Assembly: GCA_013239625.1 (NCBI GenBank)
Contig: MU057073.1
Coordinates: 1,101,426 to 1,165,425, forward strand
Direction: 5' to 3'
Source: Lama guanicoe
Lineage: Eukaryota
Length of the DNA stretch: 64,000 nt
Positions 10,901 to 22,900 of the stretch are shown piece after piece. The notes beneath the pieces were generated by a model. The model had not been told where the DNA came from and searched no databases. It saw only the letters and a list, made by a program, of their open reading frames with translations. The translations under genes and the position numbers were made by a program. Position 1 is the stretch's first letter, and every line of letters begins with the position of its first letter.

Positions 10901-13900
10901 CAAGGGCTCGGGGGGCCACAGACACATTGGGCCCCCCTGACCTGCCCTGAGCTGGTTCCCCGGGCTCTGGTCAGGGCCCACCCATGGGCCCACCACTCAC
11001 CTGTAGGGCACATGCTTGGCTCCACTGACCAGCGCCAAGATGACACTGCCCAAGGCTGACAAGGACAGACACAGGGGTCCCCCAGGGGCCTCTCCAGCCC
11101 TACCAGGCACCCCCTCACAGCTGCCCAGGTCGATAAGGTGCAGGCGACTGCGGCCTCCAGACACTGAAACCACAGGGCAGGAGGGTGAAGGCTGGGCCCT
11201 GGGCCCCGGGCCCCGGACTCAGGACCCTGCCGCAGCCCAGCCCAGCCCTGGCTGTACGCACGCCCGACACCTACTTCCCCCCTTGCCGCACTTCTCCACG
11301 CGGTACTGGTAGACGTGCAGTGTGAAGAGCATGTGGGAGCCACACCCGGCGTCCTCGCTGCCACCTGCCCGGCTGGGGCTGCGGGCGGCCAGTGCGGCAT
11401 CCAGGTAGAAGGCCGCCTTCTCAGCTGTGGGTGCTCTCAGCTCGCTCTGGTTCTGGAGCTGCAGGCGGACAGAGGGGACGATGCCTGAGTGGCTCAGGGC
11501 CGAGCCACAGGCCCCTGCCCTCCCCCCCAAGGCCACCCCTGCAGCCCCCAGCTCGCCAGCCCTGCCCGCCGTGTGGTGGCCGTGGTGACAGCGTACCTGC
11601 GCCCCGCAGACAGGGTCCTCCCGCAGGTACACACCCGGAGACTGGGCATCCTGGAGGCTGCCGGAGGCCACCTCGGCCAGCAGGTCCCGCAGGCTCTGGT
11701 CTCGGCCGCACACCTCCACGGCCGAGACGCGGACCGAGAAGCGGGTGCCCGTCCTCTCTTTGCGCTCGTCGATGAGCCGGAAGAGCCAGGAGATGGCACA
11801 GGGCATGACGCCCAGGCTCTGGGGTGAGCTGTCCTTCCCAATCATGGTGTAGGACTTGCCTGGGGGCCACGTGGGGTGACGGGCTCAGCATGACCTGCCC
11901 AGCCAGACCTGGCAGCTGCTTCCCTGGCCCTGCCCAGCCCTCAGGGCCAACCTGGAACCACTGAGACCCCAGGACCCTTCTCTGGTCCGCTCTGCCACCC
12001 ACTGTGTTCTAGGTCCACAGGGTCTCGGCTTCCTCTCCACGAGCCCCCCGCCTCAGGTGCCCACCCACCACCCATATGGGACGTGCCTACACCCCCTGCC
12101 CCACCTGGAAATGGCACCTGGTGACTGCAGAGAGGAAGCACTTACCAAGGCTTGTGTGGCCAAAGGAGAAAACGCAGCCATCTGCTCCCCCGACCACAGA
12201 TTGGAGCACGTCGGCCACTGTCCCCGAGCAGACCTCGGCCTAGGGGGGCCCAGAGTCAGGCAGGCGCCAGGGCCAAGAGGCCACCGCCGGGCCACCCACC
12301 ACGGCTGTCTCATCACACGCAGAGTCAGAGAGTATGTCCACAAGGCAGCCCGGAGGGCACGCAGGACCAAAACTACAGAGATCTCCACGTGTAACAAACG
12401 CACGGACAGGACACACACACAGCATGAGCCGGCCGCACAGGGCTGACAGGCACACGCAGCGCCCGGGCGCACACAGACATGCACACACACAGGTCACACT
12501 GCCACCCCAGGCACAGACCCTGCCGCACATGGGGTCACTGTACACACAGGATGCCGGGGGGAGCATCCTGGGTGAAACCGCCACCCCTCAGAAAGCTTCT
12601 GCAGAGGGTAGGCTCTGAAAACCGGGCGCTTCCCTGGAAAGTCGGCCTGAGAACCAGGCCAGGGACTGAGTGGAGACACCCCAAGGGCAAAGGAGGCTAG
12701 CGAGGAGGGAAACACAGCAGGCCTGCCGGCCTCTGCTCCCAAGCCTCCTGTACCCGGGCCTCCTCTCAGAATCTCCGTCCCCCAGCCTGGCCCAAGAAGG
12801 GATGCAGGTCTGCCCCTCATCCCAGCCCCCGGCCCAAGGACACCACCGCCCTCACCTGCTCCGAGTCCTGGGGGAAGACGGCGTCAAAGGCAAACATCTT
12901 GGGAACGGAAGCCGAGCAGGCGCGTCGGAGCAAAGGAGGTAGCGAGGAGGGAAACACAGCAGGCCTGCCGGCCTCTGCTCCCAAGCCTCCTGTACCCGGG
13001 CCTCCTCTCAGAATCTCCGTCCCCCAGCCTGGCCCAAGAAGGGATGCAGGTCTGCCCCTCATCCCACCGTCCGGAGCCGGGAGCCCAGCCCCCGGCCCAA
13101 GGACACCACCGCCCTCACCTGCTCCGAGTCCTGGGGGAAGACGGCGTCAAAGGCAAACATCTTGGGAACGGAAGCCGAGCAGGCGCGTCGGGGGCCCGAG
13201 CTGCCCGGGGCCCCCACGGCAGGGTCATAGAGGGTCACCTGCTTCTTCCGAGGGTCCACCTTCAGGAAGGATGTGGACTCTGCCGAGCGCTGGGCCCCCT
13301 GTGCCGGCCAGATCCGCAGCATGACCTTCACCTGGGGAGGCAGGCAGAGCGCACATCTGAGCAGCCGCTAATCACAGGGCAGGAGGAGCCCGCGCGAGCT
13401 GGGACAGCGGGCCAGGCCTCAACACGGGATCGCCACCGCAGGAATGCGGGCACCCGCGCCCCAGCTCCAGGCCAGTGCTCATCCCACATGAGGCCAGTGG
13501 GAGGAGAGACCGGCCAGGCGCTGAGCACGTCAGCACAGAACGGGGGGCATGGGAAGGGGGCAAAACAGGGGAGCAGACCCCAGATGCCCCAGTGGGCAGA
13601 GGGACCCCATCGGCCCTCTCGCTGACTCATGAAGAGCCAGCACCGAGGGAGCTGAACCCAAAGACTCAGAGCCTTTGAGAGCAGAGTCACCCCACACAGA
13701 CATACCCCAGTTCCCGGGTGGAGCAGCCATCACTGTGACCCCCCACCCCTGGCTCGAGGAGGGAGGATGTGTGCCCAAGAGAGGTCACCTGTCTTGCCCA
13801 CGTCACAAAGCCTGCACGCGGGTCTCCTGGAATCCCAAACCCCAAATGTGGGGTTGGAGGAGGGAGAAAAGGAGAGACGGGGCATCAGGGCCCCACCCAC

Positions 13901-16900
13901 CCAGAAAGGAAGGCTTGCGCTCTGTCCCTCCCAGCAGGTCCGCCTCTCAGGGCCCCACACCTGCTCCTCTGAGGGTGCCTCCTCCACCCCCGATGAAGGA
14001 AAGGGGCTGCCTCAGAGCCAGGGCCTCCCTGCAACCCCCCAGCTCCCGACCACGGACAGCCAGGCTCAGCACATGATAAGGTGGGCAGGCAGAGGGATGC
14101 GTTCCCTCTCCCCCCAGCCCCACCATATCTCTATCCACCCTCATCTCCTCCAGGAAGCCCCTCCCTCCCAGCTCCCAGCCCTAAGCCAGAGGGCTTCAGG
14201 GCCCTGAGAGCACCTGGGGAGATGGTGGGGAGACCGAGGCCAGGATGTGGGGTCAAGGCAGAGGAGGGAGGGGGCAGGGCCAAATGGGGCTCATCCGAGC
14301 TCAGGGGCCAGCAGGTGACCATGCAGCCTCAGCTCCTATGTGTCCTCAAAACACAAGGACAGACAGAAGACCTGCCCGGACCCCCACTCACATTCTTGCC
14401 CAGCTCCCTGGGGCTAGACCACCAACCCTGATGCCCTCAAGGGAACAGAAGGCTCAGTGGGGAGGGGAGCGAGGAACCGAGACACAAGAGCCCCGTGCAA
14501 GCTGCACTACCAGCACCCCAAAACCTGCATGGAGAACGAACACCCTGTGCATCCTGTGGACGGCCAAGGGGCCGAGTTCTGCCTCGGGTGAGCCACCGTG
14601 AGTGAGCACCCCTCCTGGGAGAAGGCGCCAGACTCCAGTTTCTGCAGGAAGACACCACGCTCCACTCTCCGGCGACATCTCCGATTTCTCCACCACAGTG
14701 CAAATCAAGTTACCAGGCTCATCTCAGAGCCAATATTTTTCACGGATTTAATTGTAAGTGACAGATACATAGCGCCGGCAAAATTGGTTTACCATGGGTA
14801 GTTCGCACGAGGCGCCATACTCCCCTTCAGCATGTGGCAAACTGACGCGCAAAATCGCTCCTAGTAAGGAGCGCACGGTCCTCCGGGGAGACTCGCAAAG
14901 AAACACTTTTCTGTTGAGCTCCCCCGAACCTGGGCTCCATTAGGCAAGAATCGATTCTTTCATTCCCCGACAACATGAACAAAACTATTTCACTTCCAAA
15001 CGCGGCTGCCAAGCAGACAAAAACGTGCACTTCTCAGTAATTTTTAGCCTTTTTTTTTCCAGCGTGAACTCCTGGCCACTTCAGGAGCCAAATGGGTTCT
15101 GCAGATTGGAGAGCGTTCCTCGCAGGGAGAAGCCTCGAGAAGCCACTCTTGCCACCCGCTCTGCTGATGGCTGCGGGACTGGGGACCCACCGCCCAAGGG
15201 AGGGGACCTGCGCCGGCCCCACGCTGCGCTGCCCGCCCTAGCTAAACGCCCGAGTCATTGTCTGTGAGAATCCTTCCATTACCGCGGGGAAATGACGGGG
15301 TTTTGCGCTACTCGAGCACGTCTCAATGTTCTGATACTGCAAAGCCCCACTGCATAGCTTTCCAGGGAGGGGAAAAAAGAAAAAACACATTTTGCATAAA
15401 AGGGGGGCTTCCACTCCTAGGAGGTGGCCCCGGCTGGAGAGGGGGGAGGGGCTGCGAGGGGGCAGCCTTCTTCAATACCACAGGATGATGAATTACCTTA
15501 AGTGGCACATTAATGTCAGGAATTGAGGGTAATCTAACTTCTTTTCTCTGACAATATTAAATGCCTTTCAGGAGGCATTTCTGACTGTGTTATTCGTGCA
15601 GATAACACACAGGGAGCTGGGGAGGGGGCCCTGGGGTGGGCAGTGAGAGGATGGGTGGCCACATGCTCCTTGCCTGGGAAGGGTGGGGGCGTGGGGGCGG
15701 TGGGGGACCAGGGCAGAGGGGGTGGTCTGCCACTGAGAGCGGGAGGAGCCCCCACCCTGGAATGCTTGGGCCTGGTCCCAGGGGGAGGTGGTGGAGGCCT
15801 ACTGGGGCCCCAAGTCACGTAGCAGCTGCAAGAAAGCAGGGGCCTGTGCTGGAAGGGTCCTTAACCCTCAGCCTCCCACCCCCGACCCAACCCAGACGCT
15901 TAGAGCCCCTCTCCCACAGCCAGTTCGCTGGCCCCAGTTTGCAGGTTCCTCCCTCCGGCCCCTGCACTCCCACACCCACATCCCAGGCAGGGCCCAGATT
16001 CCCCATTGCAGCAAGTTCCCAGGGGACCCTGATGCCATTCAGTTTGTCTGGGGCCACAAGGGTCTCTGTCTCAGGGCCTGGGAGCCCAGGAGGCCCCTTG
16101 TAGGGGTAACAGGGGTAGGGAAGGCTTCTTGGAACAGGGAAGCCTGGCCGAGTCACAAAAGTCCAGCAGGCCCCACTGTGAGGAGAGAGAAGTCCCAGAC
16201 AGAGGGGCTGCCCTTCGGGGGCTGTGCATAGAGGACAGAGCTCAAGCCCAGGCAGGGTACCCTCTGCAAATGCATCAGCCCCTCTCCAGACTAGGAGCAG
16301 AAGCCCCCTGGAGGGTATCCTAGGTGGCAGGACAGACTGAACCCAGGGGAACATGGAACCCACCCCACCACTCTGCGGGGGGTGAGCCTCTGGGCGCTGG
16401 AGAGGCCGGGCCCAACGCACGGGTGGGCAGCCAGGTCAGGGACCACTCTAAACCCTGCCACTCTCTGGGAGGCACCTGGGAGGGGCCAGTGGCTGGCAGA
16501 GTGGACAGAAGATCAGGGAAAAGCACTCAGGTGCACACTTAGGTTCGGGGCCCAATCCTCACCCCAGAGCCATGCGGACCTGGCGACAGGCCAGCCCCTT
16601 GGTGCCTCAGTCTCCTCGCCCTCAATGGGCACAGAGCCCCCTCACCAATGTGCTCACACAGATCCGCACACACAGGACCCTAACCCAGGTTTGGGGCGCA
16701 GTTACAAGCAACTCAGACGGGGCCAGCACGGAAATCTCGTCTCAGCACAAGGCCACAGGAGTCAGGGGCCGGCCAGCCTGTTCCCTGACTGGGCCTCAGT
16801 TTCCCCACCTGAACCCTGTGGCAGTCTAATTCACTGATCACACGCCCCCCTCTGACTGTGTCAGGCCGTGGCTGGGGTCTGCCCAGAACTGAAGGGCCCA

Positions 16901-19900
16901 GGGGTCCCACCCATGCCCTCAGCCCCACCCTCCAACAGAGACCAGGCAAAGGGGCTCCTGCAGTCAGATCCCGACCCTTAGTCCCCAGGAGTCCTGGCTG
17001 ACCTGATCCACACTGAGACCAGCACATGTGCCTGGGACCCCCACCCATGTCTCCACCACAGTCTCCCAGGCTCCCTGCCACCCGTGGAGCCGTTAGGTAG
17101 GCCTGGGCTTCAGTCACCCCACCCGGACCTGGGGGAAGGAAGCAGGGCCCCTCCATCTCTCGATCGCCCTCCCTGCACCCGCTCAGACACCCTCAGCCTC
17201 ATCCCAGGGTCGCCCCAAGTCAGGGTAGGGCCTACCTTTCCGGTGCTGCTGGAGTTGTCCTTGGTCTTCGAGGCGGCCCTGAGCAGGCAGGGGGGCACGG
17301 GGGGCGGCCACAGCTGCAGGACCCCGCTGAAGTCCGTGGGGTAGATGGAGGCTCCGCGGGTGGTAGGGGGTGGTGGGGGGTGGGGCTTCCTGGGCTTGGA
17401 GGCCAGGCTGAGCTTCTGGGCCGCCCTGGGGAGGGGAGGAGCAGGGGGGCGCACTCAGAGAGGTCCTGCCACCTGCCCTCCCCCAAATGCAGCTGTGCAG
17501 TCTGCACTTCACTTCCCGCAGCCAAGTAGGGGCACCCAGGCTGGGGCTGCCACATGCAGGCCAGGCGACAAGGGGCCCAGGCAGACACCAGACCCCAGGG
17601 CTATGCCCTTCCCTGCACCCTGCACTGAGGACATCCTCCTCCCACCAATGTCTACCTGCCCCATGTCCCCCACCCAGCAGCCAGGGCAGGACAGCACATT
17701 CTGAGGTCTGTCTCTCACAGGCTGTGTGACCCAGGCATGGTGACTTAGTCTCTCTGTGCCTCGGTTTCCTCATCTCTAACATAGGATGACCTGGCCACCA
17801 GAGGCCCTCGTGTGCGGCCCTGATGAGCTAATACATTCAAGACACCCAGTGCAGGCCTCCAGCACAGGTGACACTAATAGTTAAGAACACACAGCGGGCC
17901 TGGGTCCACACCTGGGCTCTAGCCACTGTGCGCAGACTTCAGCCCCTGCCCGACTTCCCAGTGAAAGGGGCTGGAGTCCAGGACAGGTGTCAGCTCAGAG
18001 CTGGAAGCACCTGCCCACCAGCCAGGGTGGCCCCTCCCACCAGTCGTGCGGCGCCCACTCCCCCTTCTCCCAAGCCCCTCAGGCCTATTTTCTCCTCCTC
18101 AACAGGACCTCAAGAGAAGGGCCTGCACCCGCCAGGGCCGCGCAGCCCCCTCAGCCCACCTCCCACTTGGCAAGAGCTACCGCCGGCGTTTTGCTTAACT
18201 CCTCTCATCTTTAATAGGAGTTGTCTTTTAAGAGACCCCAGGGACGGCTTCCCTCCTAGCGAGGTGTCATCATGGAAAATAAAAGTAATCTATGGTGTGG
18301 GGCGGACCCTTAAGGGAGCAGTGGCGGCGGCTGGTGCGTGGCCAGCGGGGCGGGGGGCACAGAGAGGGCACAAGGGTCCCATGAGTGGAACCCACAAGCT
18401 GCCCAGACCCCTGGAGCCGGGGACCCTAAGCCAGGATCATGGGTCCCCCGGCCACTAGCAGATGCTACCCTGGTTCCTGCCTGAGCCCACCTGCCTGAGT
18501 GGACTTTGTAAACCTGAAACCTCCTTGCTCCCTGGCCCCAGGATCACACAGCAGGCAGGATGGGGCTGACAGCGTCACCCAGCCACAGGGTGAAAGGTTT
18601 GGCCCAGGGAGCTCTGCCGCACCAAGTCGCAGCAAGGCCATCTTAGGGGCCTGGGGAGACTCAGGCTGGGGGCCGGGGGAGCTGGGGCCGTTTTATCAGA
18701 GCCTCAGCTCCTGGGGCTCCCCCCACCCACCCCACCCCTAGCCTCGGCCTGCTGCCCTGGGTTACATCACAGCTTCCTGCCAACCACCCCCATGGGAAGC
18801 AACTACAAGCAGACTTAGAGGACGTCAGAGTCCAGCAGGCAGCCGCAACCCCACTGCCCTGCACTGCCCAGGGCTGGAGCCGCCAGGGAGGGCAGAGCGC
18901 CTCGGGGATAACCTGGCGGGGCGGGCTGTGGCGGGCACAACCAGGACAGCTGTGCCTGTGAAAGTGGAGGAGGTCCTGTGGACGCTCCCATTTCTACGTG
19001 GTGCAGTGGTGCTGCTCCCAGGACTCGGAGAAGGACAGCACACTGGGCTGCCTCACACCAGCCTGCTCTGCAGAGTGCAGGCCAGGCCCTCAGGGTGACC
19101 GGATAGTCAGCAGACAGTCATGGCCGAGGCGTGCCCCACCCCGGAGGGCTCCCTGCTCCTCCCTAGGCTGGGCGGGGCCACCCCGGGAGGTGGAGGCTGG
19201 GGGTGAGGGGACCTGAACCACAACCCCCAAGGCTCAAGAGGACTCAGAGGCCAAGAGGACCTGTGGCCAATGGAGAAGGAGTTGGGGGAGGCCAGGGGGA
19301 CACCAGGCTGCAGAAGCCACAATCAGAGGGTCACACATGCAGCCGCAGACCCTCCCAGGAGCCAGTTTCCAGCACAGTCCTCACCCCATCCTCCCGTCAC
19401 CCTCAGGGCCCCAGCAGCGGAGTATGGGGAGGTGTCCTTCCCCCCAGACACGCCCAGGTCTAGCCTGGACAGGAGCTAGGACCAGAGCCTCTGAGGTCCC
19501 GCCAACCCAGGAGGCTGGAATGTTACTGGCCATGGTCTGACCTAACCCAGGGTGACCCCGCCTCCCTTCCTGGCCCAGGCTCAGCCCCTGTGGGACCCGG
19601 AGCTGAGAAGCTGCGCCCGGCCTGCCCAGCCCTCCAGGTCTCTGTGCTCACAGGCCTGCCTCACGGCATGACTCAAAGGCCCCAGGACAGTGCTCTGTCC
19701 TTTGATGAAATCCAGGCCCTCCAACACCAGGACCAGCCCATCAGCCACCCACCACTGCAGCTCAGCCCACACCGCCTGCAGGGGCGCTCCGGGCCGGCCC
19801 GCCCTGAAGGGCCCAGCCTTCTGGGAGCACAGACCTGGTTTCTGAGCAGTGGGGATGGGGAGGAAGTGACACCGGGCTTCACAGAGGCTCAGAGAACACA

Positions 19901-22900
19901 CAGGCACCACCCTCAGGACCAGACACCCACTGCATTGTTGGGGAGCTGGCGGGGGGGGGGTCAAGGCGGGACCTGCAGGGGGAGTGTGGGAGAATCTGAG
20001 TGCTCCGGCTCTGAAGGGAAGACTTGAAGAAGCAGGCACTTCACCTGCACACACAGCTCTCCTCACGCTCTGTGAACATCTCCCCTGGGAAGCCCGCCCG
20101 ATGCCCCCACGCGGGGCTTCCCCAGACCCTGTGCCTCCCGCTACCACAGGAAGCACTCCCTGTCCTGAGACACAGGTTTACAAGGCTGTGCCCCCACCGG
20201 GCGGGGGCTCCAGAGGGCAGACGTTTGCCGAGCCCAGGCCCAGGACACAGGGGCACTCAGGAGGAGGCCGTGGGCGAATGAGTGACCGGCTCCCCCACCG
20301 GCCGCTCCCTGTCCTCCCAGGGGCCTCTCCCCGGCTCACTGGCCCTGGTCACTGATTCACAGAAACAGAAGGGGAAATATTTGCCATTTTACAAAGAAAG
20401 ACGGCCTTTTCCAAACAAGATGGTCATTTCACAGGCAGTTGGCCTTGATGGTAAGGCCCTTAATTACCCCGAGGAGACACACAGGCCCGTTTGGATGTGT
20501 TGGGGGGTCAGTTACACCAACCCAGGGTTTCCTAACTGGGCGGCGATGAGGCTGGTGGACTGGGCCACAAGCCACGCCCCTATCCCCACCCTGAGGAGCT
20601 GTAACCCCCAGGCCCTGAGATCCCCCAGGATCTGCCCATCAGGGTCCAGAAGGCAGGGCTGCTAAGGAGGCCTAGACCCCCAAGGCCAAGGCCCAAGGTC
20701 CCAGCAGCCCTGACCCTTGCCCCTTGCCCCTTGCCCCCTGCCATGGCCAGCATTTTCCACATCACCAGGGAACAGGCTATGCGGCTTCCTCGGCCCCACC
20801 CTGCCAGGGAGGGCCCCCTCTCCACAGAGCCCCCCTACCCATGTGCCTCTGGGCAGCACCCACTGTGGTTCTGGGCCTCTGCTGGGTGCCTGGCATCAGG
20901 GCAGATGGGGGGCAGGGGATCCACAGAGGCTGCAATGCAGCGGGCAGGTGGGGGGTGCCCACGAGTGCAGGGGGTATCCTGGCACCCAAAGGAAACCCCA
21001 GCGCTCCCCCGACCCTGTGCCTGCCGAGCAGACCCTCAACATTGCTCCGAGACCATGCAGATTCAGGGGTCCAGGAGGTGACCCCTCCGCAAAGAAAGGC
21101 CCAGAAGGGCAGGCAGGAGAGCGAGCTAATGGAGGCATCTGGGGGAGGGGAGAGGGGAGACTGCAGAAACAGGAAGGATGGGGGAGTGGGAGGACGCGGG
21201 AAGGGGGAGTCAAGGTCGCCAGAGCCTCCTGAGAAAACGTAATTACAGCAGCGGCCCGGCCTTTCCAGGACTCTGGTAGGGGCTGGCACACTGCTGCCGC
21301 TGCCACGCCCTAGCTGCCCACCCAGACCCAGCAAAAGGGCGCGGGGCGCTGGGCCTTACTCCCCTGCTCCACACCCCATGAGCGTTAGCAAGACCTTGGC
21401 CACCAAACCACACATGGAATCACTCCCTGCCCGGGCTGCCCCACACAGGGTGAGGAGCCGGGGGGTGCAGAAGGCTCAGGAAGGCCCAGGAAGGCCCGAG
21501 GCCGGTGCCAGACCACAGGGAATGCTCGGGGACCAGTGGAGAACCCAGCTTCTAACCTCGTCCTATTCTGCCTCCATCTGGCAAACACCAGACTCCTCCT
21601 CAACTCTCAAAGCGCAACTCCGTGTCCCACGGCCCTGAGGACAACACTGTTCTCTGCCCCTTCACAGATTCCACCCCCTTACACCCAGCTAACCAGAAAC
21701 TTCTGAGGGGCAGGCATGGGCGAGGGACAGCTTTACCCCCGGGTCCCTGGCAAGGGGTGGATCTGGGGACACAGAACATACACTCAGCTCACGCCTGAGA
21801 CCCTCCCTGCCCCGCACAGGATCCAGCAGCTCCACGTCTCTTGGGGACTCTGGACAAGCCCCTTCCCTCTCTGAGCCATAGCCTCTCCCCACAAAACACA
21901 GGAGTGGATGCACAGCTGAGAGCACCCAGATCCCACCCTGGTGGTTAAGGGTGCAACCGCCCCGAAGAGCAGAGGGTCTCGGGCCTAAATCAGGCACGTG
22001 CTCGGGACGGTGTTTCCGGCTGGAACACCCATCCCTCGAACGGCCTTTGACCCTTCAGGGAGCCGCTGTGATTCGGGGCGTCCAACAGGCTGGAAATAAT
22101 GGCAGCTGGCAGTGCAGCCCCCGTAAAACCTGCCTCCGCCGTCCCGGCCCCCGGCCCCGGCCGAAGCGCCTGTTCCTATGGTAACTTCCCAAGGGCAGCC
22201 GGGGCGGCCTTGCTCAGCTGGAACAAAAGGCAGCCCGGCTCCGGGGCCGCGGGGTCGCTAATGAGCCAGCGTGGCCCCCACGCGGGACCACAGGAGCTGG
22301 TCTTCCTCCTTCTCAGACGGTCTCAGGCTTGAAATCCTCCTGCAAGCACCACCTGATGGAGGGTGGCCAAGGCCGAAAGCCCCGAGGGAGAGACTAGCTG
22401 GGGCAGGACACTCCCAGATGCCAGGTGTGCCTGCCCTGGTCTCTTACACAGGGGCCCCTAGGCCCACAAGGTAGGCTCCCACCCACCCCACAGCCAGAGA
22501 ATCCCAGCCGGGCTCTCTGCGCCTAACTGGGGCAGTGAGCCCCCAGACAAGCTGACAAGGCACCCTGTCCCCACAGGGGCCGCTAATGGGACAGCGACCC
22601 GCGCCAGGCCCACCATCACCGCTCATTAACCCCCGTCACACCCTGTGATCCTCACACCATGGTGGGGGGAGCCCCGCCTCAGGTCCCCAGTACCCAAGGG
22701 CACTACAGGGAGGGGCTTGAGCCGGGGAAGAGACCCCCCCCCACTTCCCACCTCTGCACCTTGCTCACAGAGTTCCCTGCCTGACAGGCCTCACCAGCCA
22801 ACAGGTGCCTGCAGGGCCGTGGCTAGGCATCCCGGAGGCGTGGAGGGAGCAAACCCCAGGCTGCAGTCAGCCCCAGCCCCGGAGCTCCGGACTGAGACCA

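Noticed and set aside
11459-11596. Stop-free, in-frame introns (intron 8, 138 nt; also 5627-5749, 123 nt) as coding retained introns
   Set aside because: Short GC-rich introns often lack stops by chance; canonical splice sites are present and there is no other support.
14386-14440. GTGAGT donor at 14392 as another exon end
   Set aside because: In-frame stop at 14437, no ATG after it and only a weak acceptor. It could at most be an alternative non-coding end of the intron-5 exon.
17792-17810. CTCF-like TGGCCACCAGAGGCCCTCG
   Set aside because: Mismatch in the GGCGC core and located inside a MIR fragment; too weak to call.
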